Shown piece after piece: positions 47,212-57,900 of a stretch of DNA of 63,359 bases. Origin of the DNA: Pseudonocardiaceae bacterium (GTDB lineage: Bacteria; Actinomycetota; Actinomycetes; Mycobacteriales; Pseudonocardiaceae); assembly GCA_050700385.1 (NCBI GenBank), contig JBOHGT010000392.1:1-63359 (forward strand), written 5' to 3'. A model generated the notes under the pieces. The model saw nothing but the letters and a program-made list of their open reading frames with translations, had not been told where the DNA came from and ran no database searches. The translations under genes and the position numbers were made by a program. Numbering within the stretch: the stretch's first letter is position 1; the number at the start of each line of letters is the position of its first letter.

Positions 47212-48700
47212 GCGCAATATCCATATCCGGGCGGTGGGAAACGCTGACAGCGACGCACCCGCGGCCACCCGCCGCCGACCGTCGCGATCGCGTAAGCGGA
47301 CCAACAGCCACGAGACCTTCGTCCACGACAGTATCGACAGCCTGGGTTATGACTGGGCCCGGATCGCCGAGCCACACATCACGCCCAAGTTCCCCCTGAA
47401 GGTTTACCTGCCTCGCACCACCGACGATGTGATCGAGGTGGTCAAGGAGGTGAAGTCGCTGGGACATCGGCTGGGGATCCGTAGCAAGGGCCACTCGAGC
47501 AATGACCTGGTCCTGATGGATGGCGGGAGCATCCTCCTCACCGAAAAGCTCAACGCGATCCTCGAGATCGACGAGCAGGAAATGACCGCGACCGTGCAGG
47601 CGGGCGCGGTGTCGGCTGAGGTCGATGACGTCCTCGCCACTCGCGGCTCGGGGCTTCCGGTGATCGGCGACCATGGCGACCTCACCATGGGGGGTTTCTC
47701 CTCGGTGGGCGGCATCAGCGCATCGTCGTTCCGTTACGGCCTGTTCGCCGACACGGTGCAGCGGCTCGAGTACGTGACCTGGGACGGGGAGCTCATCTCG
47801 TGCAGCCGCAGCGAGCGGCCGGACCACTTCTACAACGTGCTCCTGGGCCTGGGCAGGCATGGCGTCATCGTCACCCTGACCGTCCGCATCGTACGTATCG
47901 ACAAGTATTCGACGATCTGGCGCAACGAGCAAAGTCACGAGCGCAGCTTCGAGCGATTCCTCGAGCGCACGCAACCGTACCTGGCCGAGCCTCCGGCCGA
48001 CGCCCGCTTCATACGTGGCATGTGGGTCGACTTCAATCGCCGTTTCGGGCTCGGGCAGTTCTCCGTCTACCAGGACACCGCACAGACGCCCAACGCACGA
48101 GTGCGCAGCAACCTGGCGTACGGCTTCCTGCACAGGGTGGGCTACGTGGCCGGCCGGCTACCGAGTGCGTTGGACAAGGCACTCAAATACGTGGGGCAGG
48201 CTGGGATCCTCTTCAGCCCCAGGTATGCCAGCGTCAAGGATGCCGAGTCCTTCGCGGACAGGATCGTCGACGCCACCGTGGGCGAGCCTACCCGCTCTCT
48301 GGTGGTGATCGCCCGGGTCGGGCATTACGAGGCGCTGTGCCGCCGGCTGCTCGACTTGATGAGGGATTATCGCGACCGCCATCAATGCTTCACCGTCATC
48401 ACGCTCTACGTCAAGGGTATCCGATCCGAGTACCTTTCGGGCGGCAACCCCGACGACGCCGGCTGGTTGGAACTGCTTTTCTACCTCGGGATCAATCCCG
48501 ACCGGATGAGCGAGCAGGTGCTCGACCAGCTCGTCAACGAGCTCGACGACATCTGCATCGAGACCGGCTCCTTCCGCTACATGCACTCACGAACCACCAA
48601 GGACCCGGAACGGCGGGCCCTCGTCGACCCGAACACTGTCTCGGCCAACCGTGTCGGGTCGGTCCGGCCGGCCGCCGAGGAGGCCCCACACTTCCCGTGA
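47204..48700 (+). CDS. FAD-binding (PCMH/FAD_binding_4 type) oxidoreductase
   Basis: The ATG at 47204 overlaps the upstream stop. VIEVVKEVKSLGHRLGIRSKGHSSND...ATVQAGAV...GDHGDLTMGGFSSVGGIS. Confidence 0.7.
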   Translation: MSERNIHIRAVGNADSDAPAATRRRPSRSRKRTNSHETFVHDSIDSLGYDWARIAEPHITPKFPLKVYLPRTTDDVIEVVKEVKSLGHRLGIRSKGHSSNDLVLMDGGSILLTEKLNAILEIDEQEMTATVQAGAVSAEVDDVLATRGSGLPVIGDHGDLTMGGFSSVGGISASSFRYGLFADTVQRLEYVTWDGELISCSRSERPDHFYNVLLGLGRHGVIVTLTVRIVRIDKYSTIWRNEQSHERSFERFLERTQPYLAEPPADARFIRGMWVDFNRRFGLGQFSVYQDTAQTPNARVRSNLAYGFLHRVGYVAGRLPSALDKALKYVGQAGILFSPRYASVKDAESFADRIVDATVGEPTRSLVVIARVGHYEALCRRLLDLMRDYRDRHQCFTVITLYVKGIRSEYLSGGNPDDAGWLELLFYLGINPDRMSEQVLDQLVNELDDICIETGSFRYMHSRTTKDPERRALVDPNTVSANRVGSVRPAAEEAPHFP

Positions 48701-48746
48701 GATCCCGCTGTTCACCGCGCTTGCGGTCGACAACAGGCGTGGGGCG

Positions 48747-49319
48747 TCAGAACAGGCCGGGACGGGTATCCTCCTCGGCCCGTTGCGTCGCGGCCGGGCG
48801 AGCCGTCGGCGCGGCCGACGGTCGGATGGCCGCCGAGGGGAACGACTCTCGCAGGCCTCTGACCGCCAGTTGGTCGGCGCGCTCGTTGTCCGGGTGCCCG
48901 GCGTGGCCCCTGACCCAGTACCACTGCACCTGGTGCCGGCTGACGGCGGCGTCAAGGCGCTGCCACAAGTCGACGTTCTTGACGGGTTGCTTGCCAGCGG
49001 TCTGCCAGCCGTTGCTCTTCCATCGCGGCAGCCACTTGGTGATGCCGTCCCGCACGTAGGTGCTGTCGGTGTGCAGCCGCACCACCACAGGCCGGGTCAA
49101 GCTCTCCAACGCCCGGATCGGGGCCATCAGTTCCATCCGGTTGTTGGTCGTCTCGGTCGGCTCGCCCCCGTACATCTCCTTCTCGCGGGTGCCGTACCTC
49201 AGAACGGCGCCCCACCCGCCCGGCCCCGGATTGCCGCTACACGCACCGTCGGTGTAAATGTCCACAGCCCGCTCGGCTCCCTGGTCTGCCACATCGGCAA
49301 CATACCGACCACTGCCCAT
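48747..49319 (-). CDS. rnhA: Ribonuclease HI
   Basis: [22 protein letters not shown]...TNNRMEL...LHTDSTYV...[20 protein letters not shown]. Start set at an internal ATG of ORF 48747..49856. Confidence 0.85.
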   Translation of the reverse strand: MGSGRYVADVADQGAERAVDIYTDGACSGNPGPGGWGAVLRYGTREKEMYGGEPTETTNNRMELMAPIRALESLTRPVVVRLHTDSTYVRDGITKWLPRWKSNGWQTAGKQPVKNVDLWQRLDAAVSRHQVQWYWVRGHAGHPDNERADQLAVRGLRESFPSAAIRPSAAPTARPAATQRAEEDTRPGLF

Positions 49320-49775
49320 CTGTGGGGACCCTGCAGCCACGCCAGGACCTGCCGGGCGTGGTCGTTCGGCGGGAAGATCGGATAGAAGGCGTGCTCGATG
49401 ACGCCGTCGCGGATGACGAGCGTCAGCCGCTTGAACAGCGTTAGAGCGCCGACGCGAAACGTCGGTAGAGCCAGCTGCTCGGCCAGGCTCAACTCGGTGT
49501 CGGAGAGCATCGTGAACGGCAGCCGGAGGCGCTCGGCAACCTCCCGCTGATAGTCGCGGTCTTGGCTCGACACTCCGAAGACCCGGGATGCGCCGGAGTC
49601 GAGCAGCTCGTCGTAGTGGTCCCGGAAGTCGCACGCCTGCTCGTGGAGCGCGACGCTCTCGCCGGCCGTGCTCGGGAGGCTCAGCTGCGGTACAGGCTGC
49701 CCGACGAGATGGTCGGCGGCCCCCGTCGTCCAAGGGCATGGGCAAGCCCGCGGGGAGCTGGCTGAGGTCCGTCAT
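49199..49775 (-). pseudogene. Peroxiredoxin (redoxin family) remnant: frame break at a G5 run and an apparent loss of the peroxidatic-Cys segment
   Basis: The ATG at 49775 overlaps the bioD stop (ATGA). [18 protein letters not shown] is in one frame. [40 protein letters not shown]...[19 protein letters not shown]...[22 protein letters not shown] is in another (ORF 49199..49573). Confidence 0.6.
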
Positions 49776-50536
49776 GATCTTCCTTGAGTCGCCGGGACGC
49801 TGCTGGTGCGGCAGGCGGTCCGGTGCAACTGGACGACCGTGCCCTGCCCATCCCACACCCCGCCGAGTTCGACGGCGAGACCTCGTCGAGCTGCCGCCAG
49901 GAAACCCGCTGGTGGGAGGGTCCCGGCTCCCTCGGGCAGTGCGCCGAGCAGCGGGACGCCCGTGACCGCGGGCAGGTCGGTGAGGTTGCAGCGCGCGGCG
50001 AGGTCCGGCCCGGGGGGCCAGCAGCCGATCACCACCCCCGCACAGCGCACATTGCGGGCGTGCAGCGCTTCCACGGTGAGCGCGGTGTGGTTGAGCGTGC
50101 CCAGCCCGGCGGCGGCAACCACCAGCACCGGCGCGGCAAGCGCGGCCGCGGTGTCGGCTAGCGTGCCGCCGTCGGCGTCGAGGCGGACCAGCAGGCCCCC
50201 GGCGCCCTCCACGAGCACGAGGTCGTGCGCGGCAGCGAGTTCACGGGTGGTGGTGGCGACGGTAGCGGGCGTCACGGGTGCGACCCCGGCTCGGCGGGCA
50301 GCGGTCTCCGGGGCCAGCGGGTCGGGGTAGCGGGCCAGCTCGCGGCAGGTCACGGCCCCGCCAGCCAGCCGATGCACCTCGTCGACGTCGCCGGGCTCGC
50401 CGCGGCGGACGCCGGTCTGCACCGGTTTGAGCACGGCGACCCGGCGCCCGGCCGCGACCGCGACCGCCGCGATCGCCGCGGTGACCACGGTCTTGCCCAC
50501 CCCGGTGCCGGTGCCGGTGACGACCAGGATCGTCAT
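49772..50536 (-). CDS. bioD: Dethiobiotin synthase
   Basis: [23 protein letters not shown] (P-loop) at an internal ATG of ORF 49772..50665. It overlaps the bioF stop (ATGA). Confidence 0.85.
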   Translation of the reverse strand: MTILVVTGTGTGVGKTVVTAAIAAVAVAAGRRVAVLKPVQTGVRRGEPGDVDEVHRLAGGAVTCRELARYPDPLAPETAARRAGVAPVTPATVATTTRELAAAHDLVLVEGAGGLLVRLDADGGTLADTAAALAAPVLVVAAAGLGTLNHTALTVEALHARNVRCAGVVIGCWPPGPDLAARCNLTDLPAVTGVPLLGALPEGAGTLPPAGFLAAARRGLAVELGGVWDGQGTVVQLHRTACRTSSVPATQGRS

Positions 50537-51666
50537 GCCCGCGCCCAGGCGAGTACCTCGCCCAGCACCTCGGCGACCCGGGCGAGGTCGCCGTCGGAAA
50601 GCGCGGCGTGCGCGGTGAGCCGCAGCCTGCTGGTCCCAGGCGGCACCGAGGGCGGGCGGAAGCAACCGACCCGCAGCCCGCGGTGCAGGCAGTCGGCGGT
50701 CGCCGCGACGGCCGGCTCGGGCTCACCGAGCACTACCGGAACGATCGCCGACGTCGGTTCGCCCACCCCGGCGGCGGCCGCGATCGAGGACGCGGCCACG
50801 CGTACCCGCCCGGGCAGCGCCGGGTCGGCGCGCAGGATCCGCAGTGCGGCCAGCGCCGCACCGGCCGCGGCGGGCGCCAGCGCGGTGTCGAAGATGAAGC
50901 TGCGTGCGGTGTCCACCAGGTGCTCGACGATCGCGCGGCAGGCGAGAACCGCGCCGCCCTGGCTGCCCAACGACTTCGACAACGTCACGGTGACCACCAG
51001 GTCCGGCTCTCCCGACAGCCCGAGCTCGGGCACCCGCCCGCGCCCGCCCGGCCCGCGCACCCCGAGGCCATGTGCCTCGTCGGCGAGCAGCACCGCCCCG
51101 CGGGCACGGCAGGTCGCGTGCAGTGCGCGCAATGGCGCGAGCTCCCCGCCCGCGCTACCCACCGAGTCGGTCACCACCAGCGCGTGGTCCTCGTCGCGGG
51201 CGGCGAGCGCGGCGTCGATCGCGGCGACGTCGCGCGGGGGTGCCACCACGACCCGGGCGCGGGAGAGCCGGCAGGCGTCGACCAGCGAGGCGTGGCAGTC
51301 CGCATCGGACACGACAAGGCTGCCCGGGCCGGACAGCGCGGTGACCACGCCGAGGTTGGCGGTGTAGCCCGACGAGAACACCAGCGCGGCCGAGGCGCCG
51401 CAGAACGTGGCGAGCTCGGCCTCCAGCTCGGCGTGCAGCTCGGTGGAGCCGGTGACCAGCCGGGATCCGGTGGACCCCGCGCCCCAGGTGCGCGCCGCGT
51501 CCACCGCGCCGGCCACCACCCGGGGGTCGCGGGCCAGCCCGAGGTAGTCGTTGGACGCCAGGTCGATCACCGACTCGACCGCCGACCGGTGCCGCAGCGA
51601 CCGGCGCAACCCGGCTTCCCGGCGTGCCGCCGCGCGATCGTCCAGCCAGTCCAGGACCCCGGTCAC
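50533..51666 (-). CDS. bioF: 8-amino-7-oxononanoate synthase
   Basis: [16 protein letters not shown] and [11 protein letters not shown] (PLP lysine) motifs. Confidence 0.85.
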   Translation of the reverse strand: MTGVLDWLDDRAAARREAGLRRSLRHRSAVESVIDLASNDYLGLARDPRVVAGAVDAARTWGAGSTGSRLVTGSTELHAELEAELATFCGASAALVFSSGYTANLGVVTALSGPGSLVVSDADCHASLVDACRLSRARVVVAPPRDVAAIDAALAARDEDHALVVTDSVGSAGGELAPLRALHATCRARGAVLLADEAHGLGVRGPGGRGRVPELGLSGEPDLVVTVTLSKSLGSQGGAVLACRAIVEHLVDTARSFIFDTALAPAAAGAALAALRILRADPALPGRVRVAASSIAAAAGVGEPTSAIVPVVLGEPEPAVAATADCLHRGLRVGCFRPPSVPPGTSRLRLTAHAALSDGDLARVAEVLGEVLAWARA

Positions 51667-51676
51667 GGGCCCGAGC

Positions 51677-52399
51677 CTACGAGCCCGGGTGGAGGTGGGT
51701 GGAGGGGACCATCGTGGTGTATGTCCCCGATGGCCGGGTGGTCCGCCCCCTCGGGCTCGGTCCGTCGTGGCCGAGCAGGGAGTAGCGCACGGCGAACGAC
51801 GCCGCCTCCAGCCGGGAGTGCACGCCGAGCTTGGTCAGCAACGACTGCGCGTGCGTGCGCGCCGTCGTCTTCGATACCCCGAGGCGATCGGCCATCGCCT
51901 CGGTACCGAGTCCCTCGACGATCAAGCCGAGGCACTCGCGCTCGCGCGCCGTGAGGTAGGCGGCTAGCCGGCGTGCGTCGGCCAGCTCCGGCGACGGATG
52001 TGGGGCCCGCTGGCCGGGAACCTCGACCACCACGCCATCGTCATCGACGATCCGCTCGATCGCATCGGCGAGTGCGGCGAAGCTGGACGACTTGTGCACG
52101 TAACCTTGGGCCCCCGCCTGCAGGGCTCGCACCATGCCGTCCACATCGTGATCGGCGGTCAGCATCACCACCCGGGTACGGGCACTGGTGCCGAGGATGT
52201 CGCCGATCACGTCGACGCCGTCCCCCTCGACGAAATGCCGGTCCAGCAGGCACACATCGGGCTGGTGCTCCCGCACGGCCTCGAGCACGGCGGAAATGCT
52301 CTGGGCAACCGCACGCACGACGAAGCCGTGCCTGGTCAGCAGCCCGACCATCGCCTCACCGAAGATGGCGTGGTCGTCACCGAGCACGAGAGCGGTCAC
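51677..52399 (-). CDS. NarL/LuxR-family response regulator
   Basis: The receiver domain carries LVLGDDH and PDVCLLD. The C-terminal segment is LTARERECLGLIVEGLGTEAMADRLGVSKTTARTHAQSLLTKLGV. Confidence 0.85.
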   Translation of the reverse strand: MTALVLGDDHAIFGEAMVGLLTRHGFVVRAVAQSISAVLEAVREHQPDVCLLDRHFVEGDGVDVIGDILGTSARTRVVMLTADHDVDGMVRALQAGAQGYVHKSSSFAALADAIERIVDDDGVVVEVPGQRAPHPSPELADARRLAAYLTARERECLGLIVEGLGTEAMADRLGVSKTTARTHAQSLLTKLGVHSRLEAASFAVRYSLLGHDGPSPRGRTTRPSGTYTTMVPSTHLHPGS

Positions 52400-53070
52400 C
52401 GCTCACCGGTCCCTTCGGCCGTCTCCACACCCAAGCCCGCGAACATGAGTTGGGCCCGGGTACCCCGCGGTTCTGTCGGTCGTACGAGCAGACTGCCCCC
52501 GCAGGCCTTCGCGAGACCGGTGACGATGCCCAGCCCGAGCGAAGCACTGCCGTTGCGTGCGTGACCGAATCCGGGCCCGTCGTCGGTCACCTCGATGAGC
52601 ACGTCGGGTCCGCCGCTGACGGTCACCTCGACGTGCCCTCGCGGTCCGGCGGCGCGAATGGCGTTGTCGAGGACATTCCCCACCATTCGCCACAAGTACG
52701 AGCCATCGATCCGCATGCACACGTCGTCCCCGGACAACAGGTGCACCTGCGTCCCGTTCGGCATCGCGGCGAGCGAGGTGATCTGCTCGAGCATGGGGCG
52801 AACCGACAGGACTATCGGCTCCGGCCCCTTCACCACCTTGTCCCGGACCAGTTCGGTGAGCCGCTTCAGCTCATGCTCGATCAGGTCGACGTGGCGGCGA
52901 GTGACATCGCCCAGATCAGGACCGTCGCGGACCAGTTCAACGAGATAGGAGAGTGTGGCGAGGTCTCGACCAAGATCGTGCAGCAACCCGCGCAGGGCAA
53001 CGGACGTCTCCAGGTCAGACCGTCGGCGCCCGGTTCCGCGCCGACGGTCTGGTGGCAGTCCCATCGCCAA
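52396..53070 (-). CDS. Small cytoplasmic sensor histidine kinase (no TM or sensor domain)
   Basis: H-box LRGLLHDLGRDL, N-box NVLDNAIRAA, then DDGPGFG and LGLGIV. It overlaps the response-regulator start. Confidence 0.75.
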   Translation of the reverse strand: MAMGLPPDRRRGTGRRRSDLETSVALRGLLHDLGRDLATLSYLVELVRDGPDLGDVTRRHVDLIEHELKRLTELVRDKVVKGPEPIVLSVRPMLEQITSLAAMPNGTQVHLLSGDDVCMRIDGSYLWRMVGNVLDNAIRAAGPRGHVEVTVSGGPDVLIEVTDDGPGFGHARNGSASLGLGIVTGLAKACGGSLLVRPTEPRGTRAQLMFAGLGVETAEGTGER

Positions 53071-53577
53071 CCCCCCAGCCTTCGATCACGCCCAGCTACA
53101 TGACGGTCACGCATCACTCAGATGTGTGTATCGCTGCAAGGGATAGTTGCGTTAGCACCGACAGCGACACGATCGGGCTAACTTTGCTTCCGGATCGATG
53201 GCACATGTTGATTACCAAAAGTATGCAGGACCAAGGTCTGGCTACGTCAATTGGGTGCAAGTATCACCCATTCAGCCTACCGGGGTGCTCCGATGATCAG
53301 GCCGCCATCACGCCATGACCCGGAGGCACTCGCCGGCCATGACCCACCCGATGTTCCGTCGACGAGATGTGAACCGATGAAGCCCGCTCCCCCGGTCACC
53401 AGGACCCTCTTGTACATCCTCGCCCTCTCGTGGTCGTTCCGGCGCGGTCGCCGCGCGGACCGCCTCGGGCACGATACTGCCGGCGGTGCCGTGGTGATCA
53501 GTCAGCGGCGCATTCCCTCGTTCGCCGAGGAAGGGTCCCGGCTACGATCAAGTAGGGTCGTCCAAAAGGGGTCGTCC

Positions 53578-54984
53578 ATGAACTTTCTCCGCGCCGCCCA
53601 GCGGCGGCGTCGGCGCTGGCCCCCGCGGGCGTATGGTCGCCCCAGCGGGCATCAGGTGCATGCGGCGCCGGCGACGCACCCGGGCTCGCGTCGCACGGCG
53701 CAGGGCCTCCGATGGACCGTCCTGGCCGCAGCCATCGCACTCGTGCTGACCGGATCAGGTGCCGACGTGCTGAGCGGACCAGGCGCCAAGGGGGTAGGCA
53801 TGGACCGGCCCGGCTGGGGCTTCACCCACACGCAGTTCAGTGCGGACCACGGCAGCGCGCCGGCCGTCGCGGCGGTCCAGCAGGCCTTGGCCGGCCAGCC
53901 CATGGCGCAGAACCAGCACATCATGGGCTGGGGGGCGAACAATCCCGAACCCGCCCCAGGTGTCTACCGCTTCGACAGCCTGGACAGCCGGATCGACTTC
54001 ATCCGTGCGACGGGCGGAACCCCTGTCATCACGCTGTGCTGCGCGCCGGACTGGATGAAGGGCGGCACCCCGGGAAAGACCGACTGGGACCGGCTCACCG
54101 AGGCGCCCCTCCCGGAGCACTATGCGGACTTCGCAGCCCTGAGTGCCGTGATCGCGCGTCGCTACCCGGACGTACGGCACTTCATGGTGTGGAACGAGTT
54201 CAAGGGGTTCTTCGACGAGGAGAACGACCGCTGGGACGCCGAGGCGTACACCGAGCTCTACAACCAGGTCTACGAGGCGGTGAAGGCGGTGAACCCCCAC
54301 AATCGCATCGGCGGCCCGTACATCGACATGGCGAGACCTCCGTCGGGCACGACGGGTCGCGCCTCGCCGCTGCGCGGCTCCTGGGGCACCGTGGATCAGC
54401 GGGCCCTTGACGCCTTCGACTACTGGCTCGCGCACAAGCGCGGTGCCGACTTCGTCGTCATCGACGGGCATGCGACGGCGAGGGAAGGCGGACCCGACGA
54501 GTTCGCCGCCTTGGAGAAGCTGTCGGCGGTCAGCCAGTGGGTGGGCGCGCGGACCGAGCTGCCGCTGTGGTGGGCGGAGTGGTACGTCGATCCCGCCGAC
54601 TCCGGCGGGTCGGGCCAGCAGCAGCGGGCGGTCCGTACCGCGGCCATGATCGAGATGGCGAAGAGCGGCGTGGACACGGCGCTGTACTGGAACCCCCGGC
54701 CCGGTGGGGAGGACTGCGCCACCTGCCTGTGGACCGATACCGCCGACGAGGGCGGCGGCCGCTCGCTCCCATTCCTCACGACCCTGCGGAACTTCGCCCG
54801 GTGGTTCCCGCCCGGTACCCGCCTGGAGGAGATCCCCTCGCCCGCGGCAGTGCATGCGCTCGCGCAGCCGCGCATGCTCGTGGCCGTCAACACGCTGGAC
54901 TCGCCGGTAACCGTGTCGATCGACGGCCGGGATGTGCGTCTAGCCCCCTACGAGACGCGATGGATCACGCGGGATGGCGCATGA
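53578..54984 (+). CDS. Secreted clan GH-A (TIM-barrel) glycoside hydrolase, GH39/GH5-like
   Basis: Internal ATG at 53578 followed by a basic and hydrophobic signal-like segment (WTVLAAAIALVLTGSG). FMVWNEFKGFF has the NE acid/base context. Confidence 0.6.
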   Translation: MNFLRAAQRRRRRWPPRAYGRPSGHQVHAAPATHPGSRRTAQGLRWTVLAAAIALVLTGSGADVLSGPGAKGVGMDRPGWGFTHTQFSADHGSAPAVAAVQQALAGQPMAQNQHIMGWGANNPEPAPGVYRFDSLDSRIDFIRATGGTPVITLCCAPDWMKGGTPGKTDWDRLTEAPLPEHYADFAALSAVIARRYPDVRHFMVWNEFKGFFDEENDRWDAEAYTELYNQVYEAVKAVNPHNRIGGPYIDMARPPSGTTGRASPLRGSWGTVDQRALDAFDYWLAHKRGADFVVIDGHATAREGGPDEFAALEKLSAVSQWVGARTELPLWWAEWYVDPADSGGSGQQQRAVRTAAMIEMAKSGVDTALYWNPRPGGEDCATCLWTDTADEGGGRSLPFLTTLRNFARWFPPGTRLEEIPSPAAVHALAQPRMLVAVNTLDSPVTVSIDGRDVRLAPYETRWITRDGA

Positions 54985-57900
54985 TCAGACGGCCAGCATC
55001 ACCAGCCGCTCCAGGACCACCAGGGCGAGACCGGCGAGCATCGGTACCGCGGCGAAGGTCAGCGGACGCAGCCGCCGGTGCTCGTCCGGGGGCAGCCGCA
55101 ATCGCCACAGCTCGCGCTGCACGAGGACGACCAGCAGGAACGCGAGGAAGGCAACGCCGACTGGTGTCCACGGTGTGTTCCCGATCCGCGTTCCGGTCGG
55201 GGCCGCCAGCTGCTGGGTCGGTACCGCATCCTGCGGCCCGCGGAGGGTGTAGACCACCGCGTCGGAGGTCTGCTTCACCATCCTTACCTCAGGAGCGGCC
55301 GCCAGCCGGGTCCGGAACCGATCCCCCCACCCCGCTGGGTAGCCTCCCCGCAGCTCGAGGTAGGCCTCCTGACTCCGTGTGGTCATGAGGTACGTGCCCC
55401 GACCCAGGTCGCGCAGCCTGCTGATCACTTCGGTGACGTCGTCGGGATCCCGTGGCGCCTGCATGCTGACGTAGTTGACCCGCTCCACCTCCTGGTAGCC
55501 GACAGGGATGAAGGGGGTCGCCCCGCTGTCAGGCGTGTCGGCCATGAACAAGATCCGGGCAGGTCCGTCGTGCTGGTACACGTACTCTACGGCGGCCAGC
55601 TCGCCGTCACGCGTGATCTCGTACTGTTCGTTCCCGTAGCGCGTCAGGAAAAAGCCACCCATGAGGACCAGTGCGCACGCTCCGGCGGCCATGAACCGGC
55701 GCGGTGAGCGAGGACCCGACCGGGCGTCGGGGAAGAAGACGTACGCGGCGAGCACACACGCTGCCGGCAGGGCGAACAGGTAGACCCGCAGCGCGATCTC
55801 GCCACCGTAGCTCTGCAGTGCCACCGTGATGAACGGAGCGAGCAGCAGCACGACAGCGAGGCGGTCGTCGAGGCCCCGCCGCCGGCGACGCAGCGCTCCG
55901 ACGGCGGCCAGCGCGAAGAGCCCGACGGTGAGTGCGATGCGCGCGTACACCACCAACTGCTGCTGCTCCTCGTTGCCACTTGCCCGATCCGCGACACTGG
56001 TCGAGATGTTGCCGCCCAGATCGCCGAGCCCCCCGAACATCTCCTGGAGGTGCCCCGACCAGTACGTCACCGTCATGTAGCTGATCCAGGCAGCCAGGAT
56101 CACGGTCAGCAGCACCGGCAGACCCATGGCGACACAGCGGCGCGTGAGGACGAGCCCCGTACAGGCGGCCAGCATGAAGAACGGCGTGAGCTGGTGGCTG
56201 AAGCAGGCGACGGTGAACAAGCCGACCAGGAGCAGCAGGAGAGTGGCCCGGACGGAATACTCAGCCGGTCGTGGCGGCAGTTCGCCGGTGCTGATCTCCG
56301 TGGGTCGAAACCAGGTGACCAGGACGGCAAGGAAGACCAGGTAGAGCCAGTAAGTGAAGCCCTGCGGGGAGAAGTAGTCCTGGCCGACCCAGTTGAGGAC
56401 GCAGAACAGCCAGGCGGCGAACCACTTGGCCTGCCAGCTCGCTCGGAGATTGCGCAGCAGCAGCCCCAGCGGCAGCAGGAACAGCAGGTTGCTGAGGAGA
56501 GGTGTCAACTTCAGCAACCAGACCAGGTCTTGCCAGTTGGCCTCGCCGGTCACGAACGAAACGAGGGCGAAGAAGCCCGGCCAGCTGAAGCGGCCGTCGA
56601 GCCCGGGGGCGGTCGTGCCGGTACGGCCGATGTACTCGACGAATCCCGAGTGCACCCACGTGATGGGAAACCGGGGCAGCGACTCGATCAGCGCTGTCAC
56701 CCCGTGGAGGCACCCGACCAGGACCACGAGCTGCGCGCCGAGGACGACCGGGCGGGGGCGCGGGAACGAGAGCGTGATGACGAAGGTCAGCGTGAGCAGC
56801 GCCAGCCCCACCAGCGATGCCACCGGGAGAACGGAGATCAGCCCGTACCCGTTCATCCGGTCGAGGTCGATGTCGCCGAGCGGCAGCAGGTACAGGACGA
56901 GGGCCACAGCGGTCAGCACGCAGATCCCGGCGACGGGCGCCCAGGTGCGCGTGGGGCGCCGGACCGGCTCGGGCAAGTCGGGCTCTGCCTCAGCGCGCCG
57001 CACCGGCTTGGTCACAGCGGGCACGCTCACGGCCCCGGGGGCGGACCCGGCCGGTGGCGCCTCGGCGAGGAACCGCCTCAGCCGCGGTAGCACCGCCAGC
57101 GCGACCACCGTCTGGCCGGCGAGTACCGCCAACCCCACGCCGGTGATCTGCGACACCCCCAAGTCCAGGGCGACCACATCCAGCTGCAGCCAGACCAGCA
57201 CGGAGCCGATCACCAGCGACCCGGACGCGATCTGCACGCGCGCGATCTCACGTGGCCGGTTCTGCGCCCGCAGCACACCGATCCAGATCTCCACCACCGC
57301 CCTCGGCAGCGCGGCGAACGCGAGGACCTGCAGTAACGGCCCCGCGTCGAGGTATCCGCGGCCGAGCACGCCGAGGCCGTACGGCGCCACCAGCCCCACG
57401 GCAACCGCCGCCACGAGCAAGAGCCCCAGTGCCCGGCGGAGTGCGGCCCGGCAGTTCGCGGCGAGCTTGTGGGCCTCGTAGGCTCCCTCGACCGTCAACG
57501 AGTGCGCCAGGTTGACGGCGATCAGGTTGAGGATCCCCGCCATCATCCAGGCGACGTAGAAGTAGGCGAAGATGTGCGGCGCCACGCTCGCGGCCACGGC
57601 GACCGGCACCAGGTAGACGGCGCCGAACACGAACAAGGCGCCGACATAGTCGGCGGCGAGGAAGCGACCCATCTGCGCCGGCGAGGGCGGTAGGAAGCTG
57701 TCGCCTGTCGTCCGCACGTGGCGGGGCACGAGCCGACCGAAGATCAGACCATTGATGGGCAGCACGAGGAGGGCCATCGGGATGATCCACGACAGGTAGA
57801 CACCGTCGCGCGGGAAGCTGGTCGCGAAGAGCACCAGCAGAACGATCTTGGCAATGCCGAAGAGTGCGTTCTCCACCGGCACCCAGACGGAGCTGCGCAG

